A model generated the notes under the pieces. It did not search any database, was not told where the DNA came from, and saw only the letters and a program-made list of their open reading frames with translations. A stretch of DNA of 63,156 nucleotides, filler included, from Reticulomyxa filosa (Eukaryota; Protista; Foraminifera): NCBI GenBank assembly GCA_000512085.1. It is 18 parts of 18 records of this genome, joined end to end, with 100 filler letters (N's around TTAATTAATTAA, not from the genome) between each part and the next. Parts side by side here need not be neighbours in the genome. Positions count along the whole stretch, not along the records: positions 48,280 to 57,346 come from ASPP01011773.1; positions 57,447 to 58,499 come from ASPP01024252.1; positions 58,600 to 59,742 come from ASPP01014572.1; positions 59,843 to 61,189 come from ASPP01018456.1; positions 61,290 to 63,156 come from ASPP01016874.1; 13 more parts are not named here. One strand, written 5' to 3'. Every line of letters begins with the position of its first letter. Within the stretch, counting starts at the first letter, position 1. Shown piece by piece: positions 51,300 to 63,156 of this stretch. Both the position numbers and the translations under genes were made by a program.

Positions 51300-54200
51300 T
51301 GTATATATCGTGGCAATGTTATTTCCATTTTTGTCTTGTGTGCACTCTAAGGTCGTGATTAGTCTTGCTTTGCTTTTGCTCGATAATAACAATGGTATTC
51401 AATCGATTATGTCTTTGGCAGAAGCCAATGCAATCAGCAAAGAAGAGAGAGAAAATACGCTGGTACAACTGTGATCCCAAGATTAAATCATGGCATCGAC
51501 ACGATCTCAAGTGCCCAATGACGAAATAGCAACAAAATGAAACCAATAGAAGTGGCAATCGATTGTAAGGTAGTGTTTGTGATCTGATTTTTGCTTACAT
51601 TAAATACAATGACTTGGTCATTGTCTAATGTGTTGAATCGTCGCTTTGTCTCTAGGCAAGGGAAGGATCGGCATTGTTCTAACATGGAATGATAGTTCGT
51701 ACTTGTATTTACGATGTCACGACTGTTTATGCATTTGCAAGACGAAGTGATCATTAGGAACGCAGGTATTGCAACAATGAAGGGATATTGTATTGAATAT
51801 TTGCGCATTGTGCAAAGTAGGTCCACTATTTTCTTGACTCGCATACCATCTTGGAAAAGATTCACCAATTTGTATTTGACGGAGTGGAGACTTCATCATT
51901 GTTGGATGCTGTTTATTCATGAGAGGGTCACTATATTATTACCTTCGGTATATCGCTTACACGTTATTTTTTTTAAAACAGTTTTTGTGACACCTCCGCT
52001 CTAATCAAAATAGTAGTTATTGCTTCTGCATTTCTATGCATCCCGTTCTTTTTCTTCATTTGTGGTTCCACCATCTACCTCACCAGTGAATTTAGCACAT
52101 CCTAGTTGTTGTAAACACAACAACGTTAATTTGAACTGCTTTGAAAGAAATACAAAAGTAATCAATATTTTCTAACATCAATCTTCTTTCAAATGTATTA
52201 TAATGAAATCACCCAATTCAATCATTTCATTCCAATACTCCCTTGGACGACAATGCCAACGTTCTTTTATCATCAAATTGCAATATACCAAAGCTTTGAT
52301 CTCTTCAATCAAATTAACATGAAGGTCATACCAATTCTATGTAGGAAATGCCTCCATGCATCTTTGGTGTGTCGCCATCGGGAGCCGCACATATATAATC
52401 ACAAATACATACAATAGTATTTGATTAATTATACGTATGCTGAATCGAGTGAAGGTTATGTGCTAATTTGTATGTGGTTGTGTGACCATGAGCACATAAT
52501 GTTCATTGTCACTTCATTTTGTCTCAATTAATAACATTCATAACAACTCATACTCTTGGTGACACATGCCGATGCCTTTTAGATATTAATTGTACCGATT
52601 CTCTTTATTTACACTTGCTTCTTTTGATAAGTTCATCTTGCACTTTCTTTTTTTTTTTCCCATTACAAACCTGAAGTAAATTACCGTACAATGAAAATAT
52701 CTATGTCCACATTGTTATATATTACAACAACTGAAAAAAATTATAAAAATAAAATATATACCTTGAAATAGAACTTTTATGATTGATCTTTGCCATTTTG
52801 TGTGCTTGGAGTTCAAATGATAACAGAATTATACGTTATAAGAAAAGCTGTTCGTGGAATACGTATTTGCTCGAACATTCGCTCTATTCTTTACCACTCA
52901 TATTAATATCCATCACAACTCTGGTAACATCATTTTCTTGGATTGATGTATTGTGAATTGCATGGATTGACTTATGGGCTTACCACAAGTCATTCCACTT
53001 TTAAATTGTAATCACAACATATCAGAAGAGATCGAGTTTGACGACGTCATAATTGTATTGAACTTTGTCGATAGATTGGATTAATATCGTATCGGTCCTC
53101 GGTGGTGATTCGTGGCAAGGATTACATTTTAAGATTTGGCAATTCAGTTATAAATTTTTCCTTCGATTTTATTGACCAATTTGTGGAGCCAATTCAAGGT
53201 TTCTAAACCGATCCCGATTTATTTGTCTGCTTGCCATGTTAATAAATTAGTTATTTGAATCGCACTACTTATTGGAGATGCTAATATGGATCATAGACAG
53301 TGCAAATACAATCAAAATATAACTACGTATAATATACCGACTCAACTTTGGACAAACTAGTCATCAGTCCCAACGATTCCTTTTGGACGATGTTTTTTGT
53401 TATTTCAAATTTATCTATATGTATACATACAGGCATAACACACCAATTACAGATTATTAAAGAAAGAGAAAGGTAACCAATTTTTTCCCAAATTTAATTC
53501 AATAGATAGATTTTTTCTCCTTTTGATAGCGATGTTTCGGTCACATACGATTTGGTCTTGGGTTGTTTTGGAGTAATCGTGCAATTATCGATATACGGAA
53601 TATTTCCTCTAATCGAAGATAAGCGCATCATACTTTGTAATACTAGTCCGAGATTGCATGAATTTGCATAAGGGTCGAACATAGATAAAGCTGGACTATT
53701 GGATAAATGTGGTCTACTTGGTAGCCAATTTGAAAACACTTCAAGAAAAAGCTTGGAAGCGCAAGTTGTCCAACGAACATTTCTGTGTATTTTTTTCAAT
53801 TGGATCGGATAATGCGATTGTCGTTGCTGTGAGGGTTGATTTCTTGATTTGGTTTTGCAATTGATCATAGCGTTCGATTGGCCGTTGACGAGTATGTTGG
53901 AATTTGGAATTAAAGTAAGTGCAATAACATGTTTGATGCAAACAATGAATAGATATGTATTTCCACAATTATACGTCACATATGTTGACGTTGAAGCAAA
54001 AGTAGATCAATTGAACAGGATGAATTGGGCGCATATAATATTATCCACTGCATTGCATAATTCTTGCCAACAATTCACTTGATATATTCACAAATCAAAC
54101 AACTCTCATTTCGCTTTTGGTCATGTGCATATCGAGTCGAATATTCTTTGTTCGTATTGTTGCGTAATTGATGTTTTCTTTTCTTGGCTATGCTCTAATT

Positions 54201-56801
54201 GCTGTTTGTGTTATAATACTTGCAATTAGCATTGCCTTCAGTAGTTGGATTTCTATAATGTGATAAGTATGTCCAAATTTTTTTGTTAAACAAATACAAA
54301 CGAGAAAAAGATCACTTAACTGCTTCTATCCTCACGTAGGATAAATAATCTTTTTTACAATATAAAAAATAATTAACATTTAAATTATAATTTTATTATT
54401 ATTATTATTCTTTTTTTCTATTTCATCAATTATTTTCTTTCTTATCTTTTTTCCTAATCAAAATATTCTTTTTTTCTTTTCTCTTTTTCTTTTTTTTTTA
54501 TTTCCATTCAATCTTTTTTTTATTACTACATTTTTTTAATTTCTACTTTTTTCTTTTTTTTCTTATTTCTTCTGATTTTTTCTTTTTATTAATCCTTTTT
54601 TTTTACTACACCCTCTTAACACTTATTTTCCCCTTTTTTCAATTATACTTTAAAGAAAAAACAAATATACGTTAACTTTTTTTTGTTGAATCGAATCCTA
54701 TACTCAAACCAAACAAACACTTTAAAATTTTTTAAAGCAAACAAAAAATATAACATGTCGATCACGATCGAATATCAGTACTATTTTAACACTTCAAATG
54801 CGTTTGTTTTTTTTTATGTGGCAAATAAATAAATGTACATATACATATATGTTTTTCATTTGGGGGAATTCCTATATCATCATAAGTACAAACACACATT
54901 TTATTACAAAGTAATATATGTACGTAAATAAAAAAATATATATACAAACCTTTTGTTTTTTTTTCAAACGGGGTAGACTTCAACCCCATGATCATTATTT
55001 TTTTTTTAATGTGTGAGTTGAGGGGGTACTTAATGTTACGTCTTGTGATGACGGGGGAACCTATATCATAAAAAATAAAACATTTGAACATATACAAAAA
55101 AAAGACAAATAAATAGAACATACTATTTTTCCTCCTTGCGGAGACGGTGATGGTTACTACCCCATTTTCTTTTTTTCGTTCAATTGGATTGTTCTATTGA
55201 AAACAAACACATAATAGTTATAACTTGAACATAAAGGAAAGCAAAAGAATTACCTGATGCATTGTAATTGCGATTCATCACCCGCATTGCAAATTATAAA
55301 GTGGTTATTTGTTCTTCATCGTTGGTGTCCTCCAACTACAACAACAATTTCATAAACATTGATTGTCATCACATATATCCGTAAGTATTTTATACAAAGA
55401 TAACAATCGAAAAAATTACACTTATTATTGAACGGCAGAGAAAAAATAAAAATAACTTGGCACTGCCAATGATATCATTCAATGTGATGGAGAGTTTATG
55501 CATTGTTGAAATGACAATTTGATTGATTTGCTGCAAATGTTGGAGAAATGTGTTGTTTTGCAATGCGAGCTTGCCAATTGCATGCGATATATTGTACTGA
55601 TGCTAAGTGCCGTATGAAAATACGCCTTTATGAATATAGCTCTTATGTGCATAAACGAGTATGGGTACCACGACCAACTTGCTTGTCGGTTGCGTTGCGC
55701 CCAGTTTCCTCATTTGCGCCAATAGAGCTTCTATTACATCAAAAGCACGCTTGCAATTGAAAGTGAACGAGCGACTTGCAGTCACATTCTATCACAGAAA
55801 TTACAGTTAGTTTGACAATCATCACAAGTATGCATTGTCCTTTGATTTTCCATTTAACAACGGCACCGCATAGTTGTGCAATCTAATTTTTTTTTGTTTA
55901 TTATTTTTTTAAACAAAAAAAGATAGTAAAAGAACTTAACATTGCAGCATTGTACAAAATAGTTGATGAAATTGCAAAATATGATTTAGACTTGAAGTTT
56001 TGCTTCGAACAAGTTTCGCTTGATTGGATAATGTGATATTGAAAACAAGTCTGCCATGGCTGCGGATAGTGTTGGTGGTTGTCTTCTTGTTTGTTGCCAC
56101 CTTGTGCAAAGAACAGTTGATCAAAGACATAGCCTCCAATCCATACTTGATCCTCGATCTATTCGGCGATGACATACTTAGCATTAGCCTTACTTTGCAA
56201 ATTTTCAACAATCTGTTATTTTTATTTTTTTTTAAATAGATCCTTTTTAAATAAAATACATAATACACATTCAATCATCTCACTTCCTCTTTCTTGATAT
56301 ACGTAATCCCTACTTTTTTTAAAAAATTCTTTCTATAACTATTATGTACCTGAATGGTGCTTGTTTAAATGTCAATTTGTACGTTGTTGATAATAAACTC
56401 GAAGTGGACATGAAATTATTCTTGGCCAATGTTTTTATGATAAAATTGCTATTGGATTGATTTGGGCTTGTGACAAAATTGCTTTGAAGAATACGTATAA
56501 TTTCGTTTTCTAATGGCATCTGCCCACTGTTGGAAATTTGTACTGATGATACGCTTGCCACGTTGATGTAGACTTGTGGGCATTGATCATACTTCCATGT
56601 TTGCAACTTCCACATGTAATTGGCCGAGTGCTTGGCCAATATGTCACATAATATCAACAATATATTCATACGGCCATGTCTGTGGAAATGTGTTTGTCCA
56701 CTCGTCCAGCTGCAGCTGCTTGCATTTGTCTTATTTGCATGTAGCAGCGCCATCAATTCATTTAATACATGCACTACTACTAGCACCAACAACGATTTCA
56801 T
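51300..56801 (-). pseudogene. Large multi-exon surface/membrane protein pseudogene (possibly PKD/REJ-like)
   Basis: Intact signal-peptide exon at 56801-56340, then decayed exons (QVWIGGY, VVVVGG, GNTYLFIV, NIPYIDNCTITP) and hydrophobic segments near 51.4 kb. The REJ assignment is only a loose motif resemblance. Confidence 0.4.
54313..55166 (-). repeat. Unclassified ~0.85-kb interspersed element, copy 2
   Basis: See copy 1. It sits inside an intron-like segment of the large pseudogene. Confidence 0.85.
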
Positions 56802-57446
56802 GCTGCCTAAATAACCAAAGGCTCTCACTCAGTATTTTCTCCTCTGTTTGTCCCCTTCACTTCTACCTGGTACACTGAAACGGAGGGACATCCAACAAGC
56901 AATAAAACCATTTTTAGATAAAAATGAGAAAAGGTTTGTGGTAAGCTATAGAAATGCCGAGTTAATGGAAATTTAATTGTTGTACTTTGTCTTGTGTATG
57001 GTCACTTAAAAAGGCAGATTAAAAAAAGCATTATCTCCAACTTAAAAAAAAAAAGTTAAATGGAAAAAGCAGCTACAATAAATGCAGTAATTTCAAAAAA
57101 CAAAAAAAAAAATGTTCGAAGCGGCCAGGCATGCAAAAATGTTCACTTACTATTCCACAGTCCTTCATATTATCAAATTTATATCTATGTATGTGTTTAT
57201 ATTGTGTATATCGCAATCATTTTATATTTTATTTTATTTTTTGATTTAGTGAAAAAGTAGATTATCTTAAAAAAAATTGATTGGCTGCACTTTGAATTGT
57301 AGACAAGTAGGCAAATAAACAAGATAAGAAACCCCCTCCAAAAAAANNNNNNNNNNNNNNNNNNNNNNNNNNNNNNNNNNNNNNNNNNNNTTAATTAATT
57401 AANNNNNNNNNNNNNNNNNNNNNNNNNNNNNNNNNNNNNNNNNNNN

Positions 57447-57490
57447 AAGGTGGCATTTTAGGTGTTAACTTTCTTTTTTATCTTACTGTA
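57447..57490 (+). mobile_element. Tc1 terminus at contig start
   Basis: GGTGGCATTTTAGGTGTTAACTTTCTTTTTTATCTTACTG|TA matches the other termini. Confidence 0.65.
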
Positions 57491-57534
57491 TTTTGTACCT
57501 GATTTTTAAATAAACAAACATAAAAATAATATTT

Positions 57535-58287
57535 AATTAACTGCTATTTGGACGAGATAACATAAACTAAAACTAAAAATAAATTGTAAATAATTTCTTT
57601 TTTTCTTTTTTTCTTTTTTTCTTTTTTTTTCCATTCTTTTGTTTATTTTTCTTTTTCAATTAATGAAAAATTTCTATTTTTTCTAAATTTTTTTCTTAAT
57701 AAAATTTTTTTTATACCTTTTTTATCAAATTTTTTCTTTGTTATTATCCACTTTTTTTCCTTTATTATTATTACATTTCTTTTTTTTAATACTTTTTTTT
57801 CACACTTAATATTCATTTTTTTCATATTATTTAATATATATTTTTATTTTATTGATATGTACAATCAAACAAAATTATTTTTAATTTTCAAAGAACAAAC
57901 AAAAAAAGAAACAAATACTTAGCATTGAAGCTCAAGACCAAATTAAAATTTCTTTTTTCACTTTAAAAAACACTTACAATATATTTTCTTTTTATTAAAA
58001 GTTGGATAAACAAATAAAAAAAATACAAAATTTTTCTTTGGTATTGAGAATTTATATTTATCACAAGCAAGAACCATTATATAACAAAAGAGAAATAAAC
58101 ATAAACATAGATAAATCTTATTTTCTCATTGGAGATATTGTATACTTCAACACCAACTAATCTTTTGTGTGTGTGGATTTGAACTAAAGGTGATTAGTTG
58201 TAAATGTTTGTGTGATAATAGAATTCATTTATTCAAAACATATGACAATCTAGTATATTCTTTCGGAAACGATGTTGACTTAATATT
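57535..58287 (-). repeat. Unclassified ~0.85-kb interspersed element, copy 3 (decayed)
   Basis: TTAACTGCTATTTGG end, T-rich tract, GGAGA..CTTCAACACC, TGTGTGTG and TTCTTTCGGAAACG end. G/C runs are eroded. Confidence 0.65.
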
Positions 58288-59842
58288 CTTTTTTCTTTTA
58301 GTATTGTTATTTGTTATTGAATAGTACACACAAACAAACATTGTTTATTTGTTGAACAATTAATGGTATTATAATAATTACAATATAATTTTCATCATTT
58401 GTAAACACATACGCTATGTACTGTCGTCTTATGCTGTCATCGCTGGCGTCAGCTAGTAACTGTTAATGTTTGCACATTGTGCAACTCACGAGTATGCTTN
58501 NNNNNNNNNNNNNNNNNNNNNNNNNNNNNNNNNNNNNNNNNNNTTAATTAATTAANNNNNNNNNNNNNNNNNNNNNNNNNNNNNNNNNNNNNNNNNNNNC
58601 TACTGTATAATTCAAGGATTCCTTTTGTAGACAATTGCAATAATCCAATTCAAATGAATATCGTGGAGTGTGTTTGCAGTGATTGTGGAAGCAATAATAA
58701 TTTGCTATTTATCACTAATTATTAACTTATTTAATTTAAATATATTTCAGATGACATATATTTTCATTGCTTTGTATCAAATCCAGAAAATGTAACACAA
58801 TGATAAAAACCAATGAAAAAAAAAGAATGAATGTTGTTGTTTTGTAGATAAATAAGACTGTCAATTTCATGATCTATTTGTTGTGAATACTATTGCATAC
58901 TTATTTCAGTTTGTATCAATGATGCCATCATGTTCTTTGGTGTTTAAGTAAGACTGTTGTTTCAAAATCATTGCATAAATATTCAATCAGTTATTATTAA
59001 TTATCAACTTATTTTTTTAAAAAAAAAAGATGTTGTTGTAATCTATAACAAAACCATATGCACTGATTACTTGACTAGTAGTTGTATTAAGATTCAATTA
59101 GACCACCAATTACATATAGTAAATCGCCAGCTATATGTAACCTTAAATTGAATTTAAATTTCTGTTATATCATTGACAATTATTTTCAATATATAAACAA
59201 TCATATGTTACCTTGGACCATATTAGTGCATTATGCAAAACCCTCTAGTAAATGACATACATAAAGTTGACATTTACGCCGCTAGGACTTATTATGATTA
59301 CTAGTTGATAATATATTAGTTTTATTTTAATATATATACTAACAATATATTAACATTAATTTAATTAAGTGTTAGTACTTTTTCTTTTCTTTATTAATAT
59401 TAAATTGTTGAAAGTCTTGGAGGACATTATGATAACAGATTGTACGCATTGTGAGTATAAAAAGAAGATACTTTGCTTTTTTTTTTCATAGACTTGGCTA
59501 GTTCATCACACACTTCATGATAGACATAAAAAAAAAAGTTCTTTATGTAATGTTGAGTCTGTGTTGATTAAAATTGGACAACCAAACTAAGTGACTTGTT
59601 CTTCCATTTGAAGAAACAACAGTATGAAATTTTCAAATTCCTTGGCGTGACACTTTTTCAATACAAGAGCAAAACCAAAAAAGAAGATCAAACCCTACCA
59701 TCAATCATTTAGAAACTGGTGTGTGCCAAGGCATCATCTTTTNNNNNNNNNNNNNNNNNNNNNNNNNNNNNNNNNNNNNNNNNNNNTTAATTAATTAANN
59801 NNNNNNNNNNNNNNNNNNNNNNNNNNNNNNNNNNNNNNNNNN

Positions 59843-59880
<38 letters not shown>

Positions 59881-59923
59881 AAAGGTAAGGAAAACATTGG
59901 TGAAGTAACGATAGGAGGGGAAG

Positions 59924-60357
59924 ATTATATGCTGCAATTGTTATATGCGGAAATTTGTTACAATATTGGCAGCATCAATGAGCTGCAATTGGCGGTGAAA
60001 CACTTTTCACAGAGCATTATCTTGGGGGGTGACAATAATGTCAGGGCTTTATATGGACTGGTAATGAGTATGAGGAATTTGAAAGAGTTGACAGGAGGAG
60101 GAGGAGGGGCAAGTGAAGACACAGCCTTCAAAAACTCAAGTGATGAGAAAGATCACAAACGCGATACTGACAATGACGGAGATGGTAAAACCACTGCCTC
60201 TGCTTCGGGAGAAGCGTGGATGAAACGCTTGTCCAATGAGGAAAAAGACTTGTTAAATATTGCTTTGCAAAAAATTGCCAAAGCTTATGCTGACAAACAG
60301 TCCTCTTTACTTCCGCTTGTCAAAGACGTTTTGTTGCAATTCACACCAACCTCGTAA
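59924..60357 (+). CDS. EMC2: ER membrane protein complex subunit 2 (TTC35), last exon
   Basis: YAEICYNIGSINELQLAVKHFSQSIILGGDNNVRALYGLVMS matches the EMC2 pattern YAE..YT.G..ENL..ARKYF.QA..L...N.RAL.GL. AG acceptor at 59922-59923. Confidence 0.8.
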
Positions 60358-60877
60358 AAAACTCACTTTTTTTATTATTATCATTTCACCACAAATTTTA
60401 AAAAAAATTAAACTTTTTATTTTTTTTTGAATTATCGAATTTTTTTTTTTATTCCAATTTTTTTTTAAGTTGTTTTACAAAAAAAAAAAACAAATTCAAT
60501 GGATGGGAAACTATCTTTCCATTGTTTGGGGTTGTGCTTTTGTCGTTTCCCCTTTTTCAAATCAACAATCCATTCAACAGTAATATCTACTCATTTCAAT
60601 CAAATCAATCTTATCTCGTTTTAAGTTTTTCCATTGCAAAAAGCATGTTAATGAGAGGACATAAAAACAGAGTATACTGCGCTAAACTATAACAAGTGTT
60701 CATTTATGACTAATTTCCTATTCGTGTCGAGTACACTTTGAACTTGTTTTTTTTTCCCACGTGCGTTGGCGGTCAGTGGCCCTGTGAAGGGGGTTTTTTG
60801 GTTGGACATTCTCAAACATCTTCCAATTTTTTATTTACTGAATTTCTTTGGCAGTTGTGCAAGAAAAAAGAAGAACC

Positions 60878-61157
60878 ATGGTCCTGTCATTTTGGGATAT
60901 TTTGACATATCCTGTCGTGTATGTGCTGAAATCTCTGCAACAACTTGTTTGAGTGAAAAAAAAACGAAGACAACGAAAGTGATTTGGGCTGTTTGTAATG
61001 TTCTCTTGTTCAGAGTATTGGGTTTACTTCGTGGGGCATATCGTACTTATAAAAACTTGGATGAAAGCCCTGAAGACCAGAAAAAATTGTTAGAATTTTG
61101 GGTAGTGATGATAGGTTTATTGTATTTATTCCCATGGATCGAATGGGTTTTATCTTG
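60878..61157 (+). CDS. TB2/DP1/HVA22 (REEP/Yop1) family protein, exons 1-2
   Basis: Exons 60878-60918 and 61014-61157: MVLSFWDILTYPVVVLGLLRGAYRTYKNLDESPEDQKKLLEFWVVMIGLLYLFPWIEWVLSW, matching the AY.SYKA.E....D...L.YWVV pattern. Confidence 0.75.
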
Positions 61158-61363
61158 GTATTGACTACTTCACCAAACAAATAAACAAANNNNNNNNNNN
61201 NNNNNNNNNNNNNNNNNNNNNNNNNNNNNNNNNTTAATTAATTAANNNNNNNNNNNNNNNNNNNNNNNNNNNNNNNNNNNNNNNNNNNNAGACAAACATA
61301 CAATAAATACATATATGTAAGCATAAAAATCATATATAAAAACATATATAAATAAACAAATAT

Positions 61364-61394
<31 letters not shown>

Positions 61395-61421
61395 TATGTA
61401 CATATATATGTATATGAAGTT

Positions 61422-63156
61422 TTGACCACAGTGGCAGATGAAATATCACTATGGCAGCGATCGATATTTGGGACAGTAGCGTTTACTCTGGTAGAAGGCT
61501 ATATCCGTGAGTCGTTGGGACACAAGCAAACGAAAAAGAACGAAGAGCCGATAAAAAGAGTGCCGAGCTATTGCAATTCTCCGTTGTCGTGTCCGTCTTT
61601 ATGTCTTCGTGCAAATGACAACGACAATGAGAATGACAATGACAATAAGATGGAAGCGGAGATGGAAATAGACATTGAAAACGGGAGCAAACAGAGACAA
61701 TCACGATTTTCATTGGACGAGTTGCGTTTGAACAGTGACGGGGAAATGGAGGCAGAGGCGAAGATGGATGGCAGAGAGCAAGAGGACATGGCAGAAGAAG
61801 AAGAAGAAGAAAAAGAAGAAGAAGAAGAAGAGGAAGATGAAGAAGAAGGCAACGACAACAACAACAACAACAACAACAACGATGAAGAAGAAGAAGAAGA
61901 AAGTAAGAATAGTGTTGATGCACTGAAAACCAAAGACGAACTCTTGGACAATATAATGCCTTTCGACACTGATATGAGTTTAAATGACAATCGTCCTGGA
62001 TCGACAAGAAAGGGCGAAAACATGTGGCTATGCTATGAACGCTTTCCTCTCGATTTGATGACAATGATCGTGTGCTTCCTCGACCCTCTGCTCAAGTGGG
62101 CCATTGAAGACAACGTATTCCTGTCGCTGTTCATCAAAGACCATTTGCCCAGAAACCATCGTCTGGACATCCTGCAGTCGTACAACACTCGCTTTTTCGA
62201 TTACCGCAAAGGACTAGCCCACGTCTACTACTATTATTTGTCCTCCATCAAACGCATCGAGCGCTTCTCCGTCAAGTGCATACACATCAACAATGTCGAT
62301 TATATCCCTCCCAAGCTCTTCATCAATATTTGCAAAAAGGAAAGTCATAATTTGAAGCTACTCGTCATACAGTCTCCAAAAATACATTCCCAATGGCTTA
62401 GCTATGTTTTCCATCATTATTTTAATGCTGACATTCATAAATACGAAGAAGTATATATACATATAAATATATGTATATATATATTTTTTTTTTTTTTTTT
62501 GCACTTTTATTTTTGCTTACAAAAAAATTAATCTCTTTTTTTTTTTTTTGTTTGATGACGCTATCACTTGGATGTACAAAATCCAATACCATGTGCAATG
62601 ATCACGACACGCCAATCCCAAGACCAAAAAAAAACCCTTGCTCCATTTGGAACAGATCTTTTTGAAGGACTTGAGCAAAGAGATACTGGAGAATAAACAC
62701 AATGTGATGTACCACTTGCTCGAATTTGTTGTGAAAAATGCTCGCTATGCGAATGTCTATTTGTCTCGGAAAAAAAATATGCTTTGTGACTCGAAGAGCT
62801 TGAATAAAAGCTCTCGCCATGGACGTTATGGAAAACACTCGCTCCGATATTTGAAAGAACTTGTGTTTGAAGAATGTGGCAACCATTGTGACGTCCACAC
62901 CATGAATGCTTTCATGAAAGGTCTCTTATTTAACTTGGCTTATCAACCACCTTTGCTCAAATATATCAAAAAGGTCACTTTTCGAAATATGAAGTTTTTA
63001 TCCTTGGAACACATTCAAATGCTCTCCTCTTTTTTGCAGGAGATCAACTATCCTACGGATATTACTGAGAAGTCTTCTTCTCTTATCCCACGTCAATCTC
63101 AAGATAACAATAATGATAATAACAATAATGATAATAATAATAATAATAATAATAAT
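61422..63156 (+). CDS. Hypothetical protein with poly-E/poly-N tracts and an F-box-like segment; internal exons
   Basis: Long open exon to ~62450 (FPLDLMTMIVCFLD is F-box-like), an intron, then a second open exon from 62656 (IFLKDLSKEIL...YLKELVFEECG...). It runs off the window in (AAT)n. Confidence 0.65.

Noticed and set aside
58600-58607. CTACTGTA at a contig start as a fifth Tc1 terminus
   Set aside because: Only 8 nt are available, too short to support.
2777-61289. Regularly recurring palindrome TTAATTAATTAA, and ORFs ending in X...LIN
   Set aside because: Artificial linker between contigs. It is not a CRISPR array or biological repeat, and gene adjacency across it is unreliable.
1-63156. 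tRNA, rRNA, CRISPR arrays, prokaryotic operons or defence systems
   Set aside because: None recognised by eye, and the recognisable host genes show spliceosomal introns or splice sites. tRNAscan-SE/Infernal would be needed to exclude small RNAs.

Overview
This is not a continuous locus. It is 18 short contigs of an AT-rich, intron-rich eukaryotic draft genome, joined by 17 artificial 100-nt linkers (N44-TTAATTAATTAA-N44). The decayed kelch-like, TPR and dynein gene copies, the ~60-200 nt GT-AG introns and the overall style suggest a foraminiferan such as Reticulomyxa filosa; this is inference from pattern recognition, not a search. Recognisable spliced genes, many cut by contig ends, are: a Rho/Rac GTPase, a RACK1-like WD40 protein, importin-5, a SMYD methyltransferase, an EEP-fold phosphoesterase, a Golgi-type sulfotransferase, CAP-Gly and BTB proteins, a dCache_1 membrane receptor, a 7TM-RGS protein, an FN3 protein, EMC2 and a REEP/HVA22 protein. 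The rest is largely pseudogene debris, Tc1-type transposon remnants and a LINE fragment. Three observations stand out. (i) An unclassified ~0.85-kb interspersed element occurs three times; it has terminal hairpins (GNRA loop), three tandem modules each carrying a conserved GT..AG intron-like segment, and an A-rich tract. (ii) A eukaryotic dCache_1 receptor carries the amino-acid-binding motif, on the contig next to a 7TM-RGS gene. (iii) Many introns have A-rich acceptors lacking a polypyrimidine tract, paired with U-rich donors.
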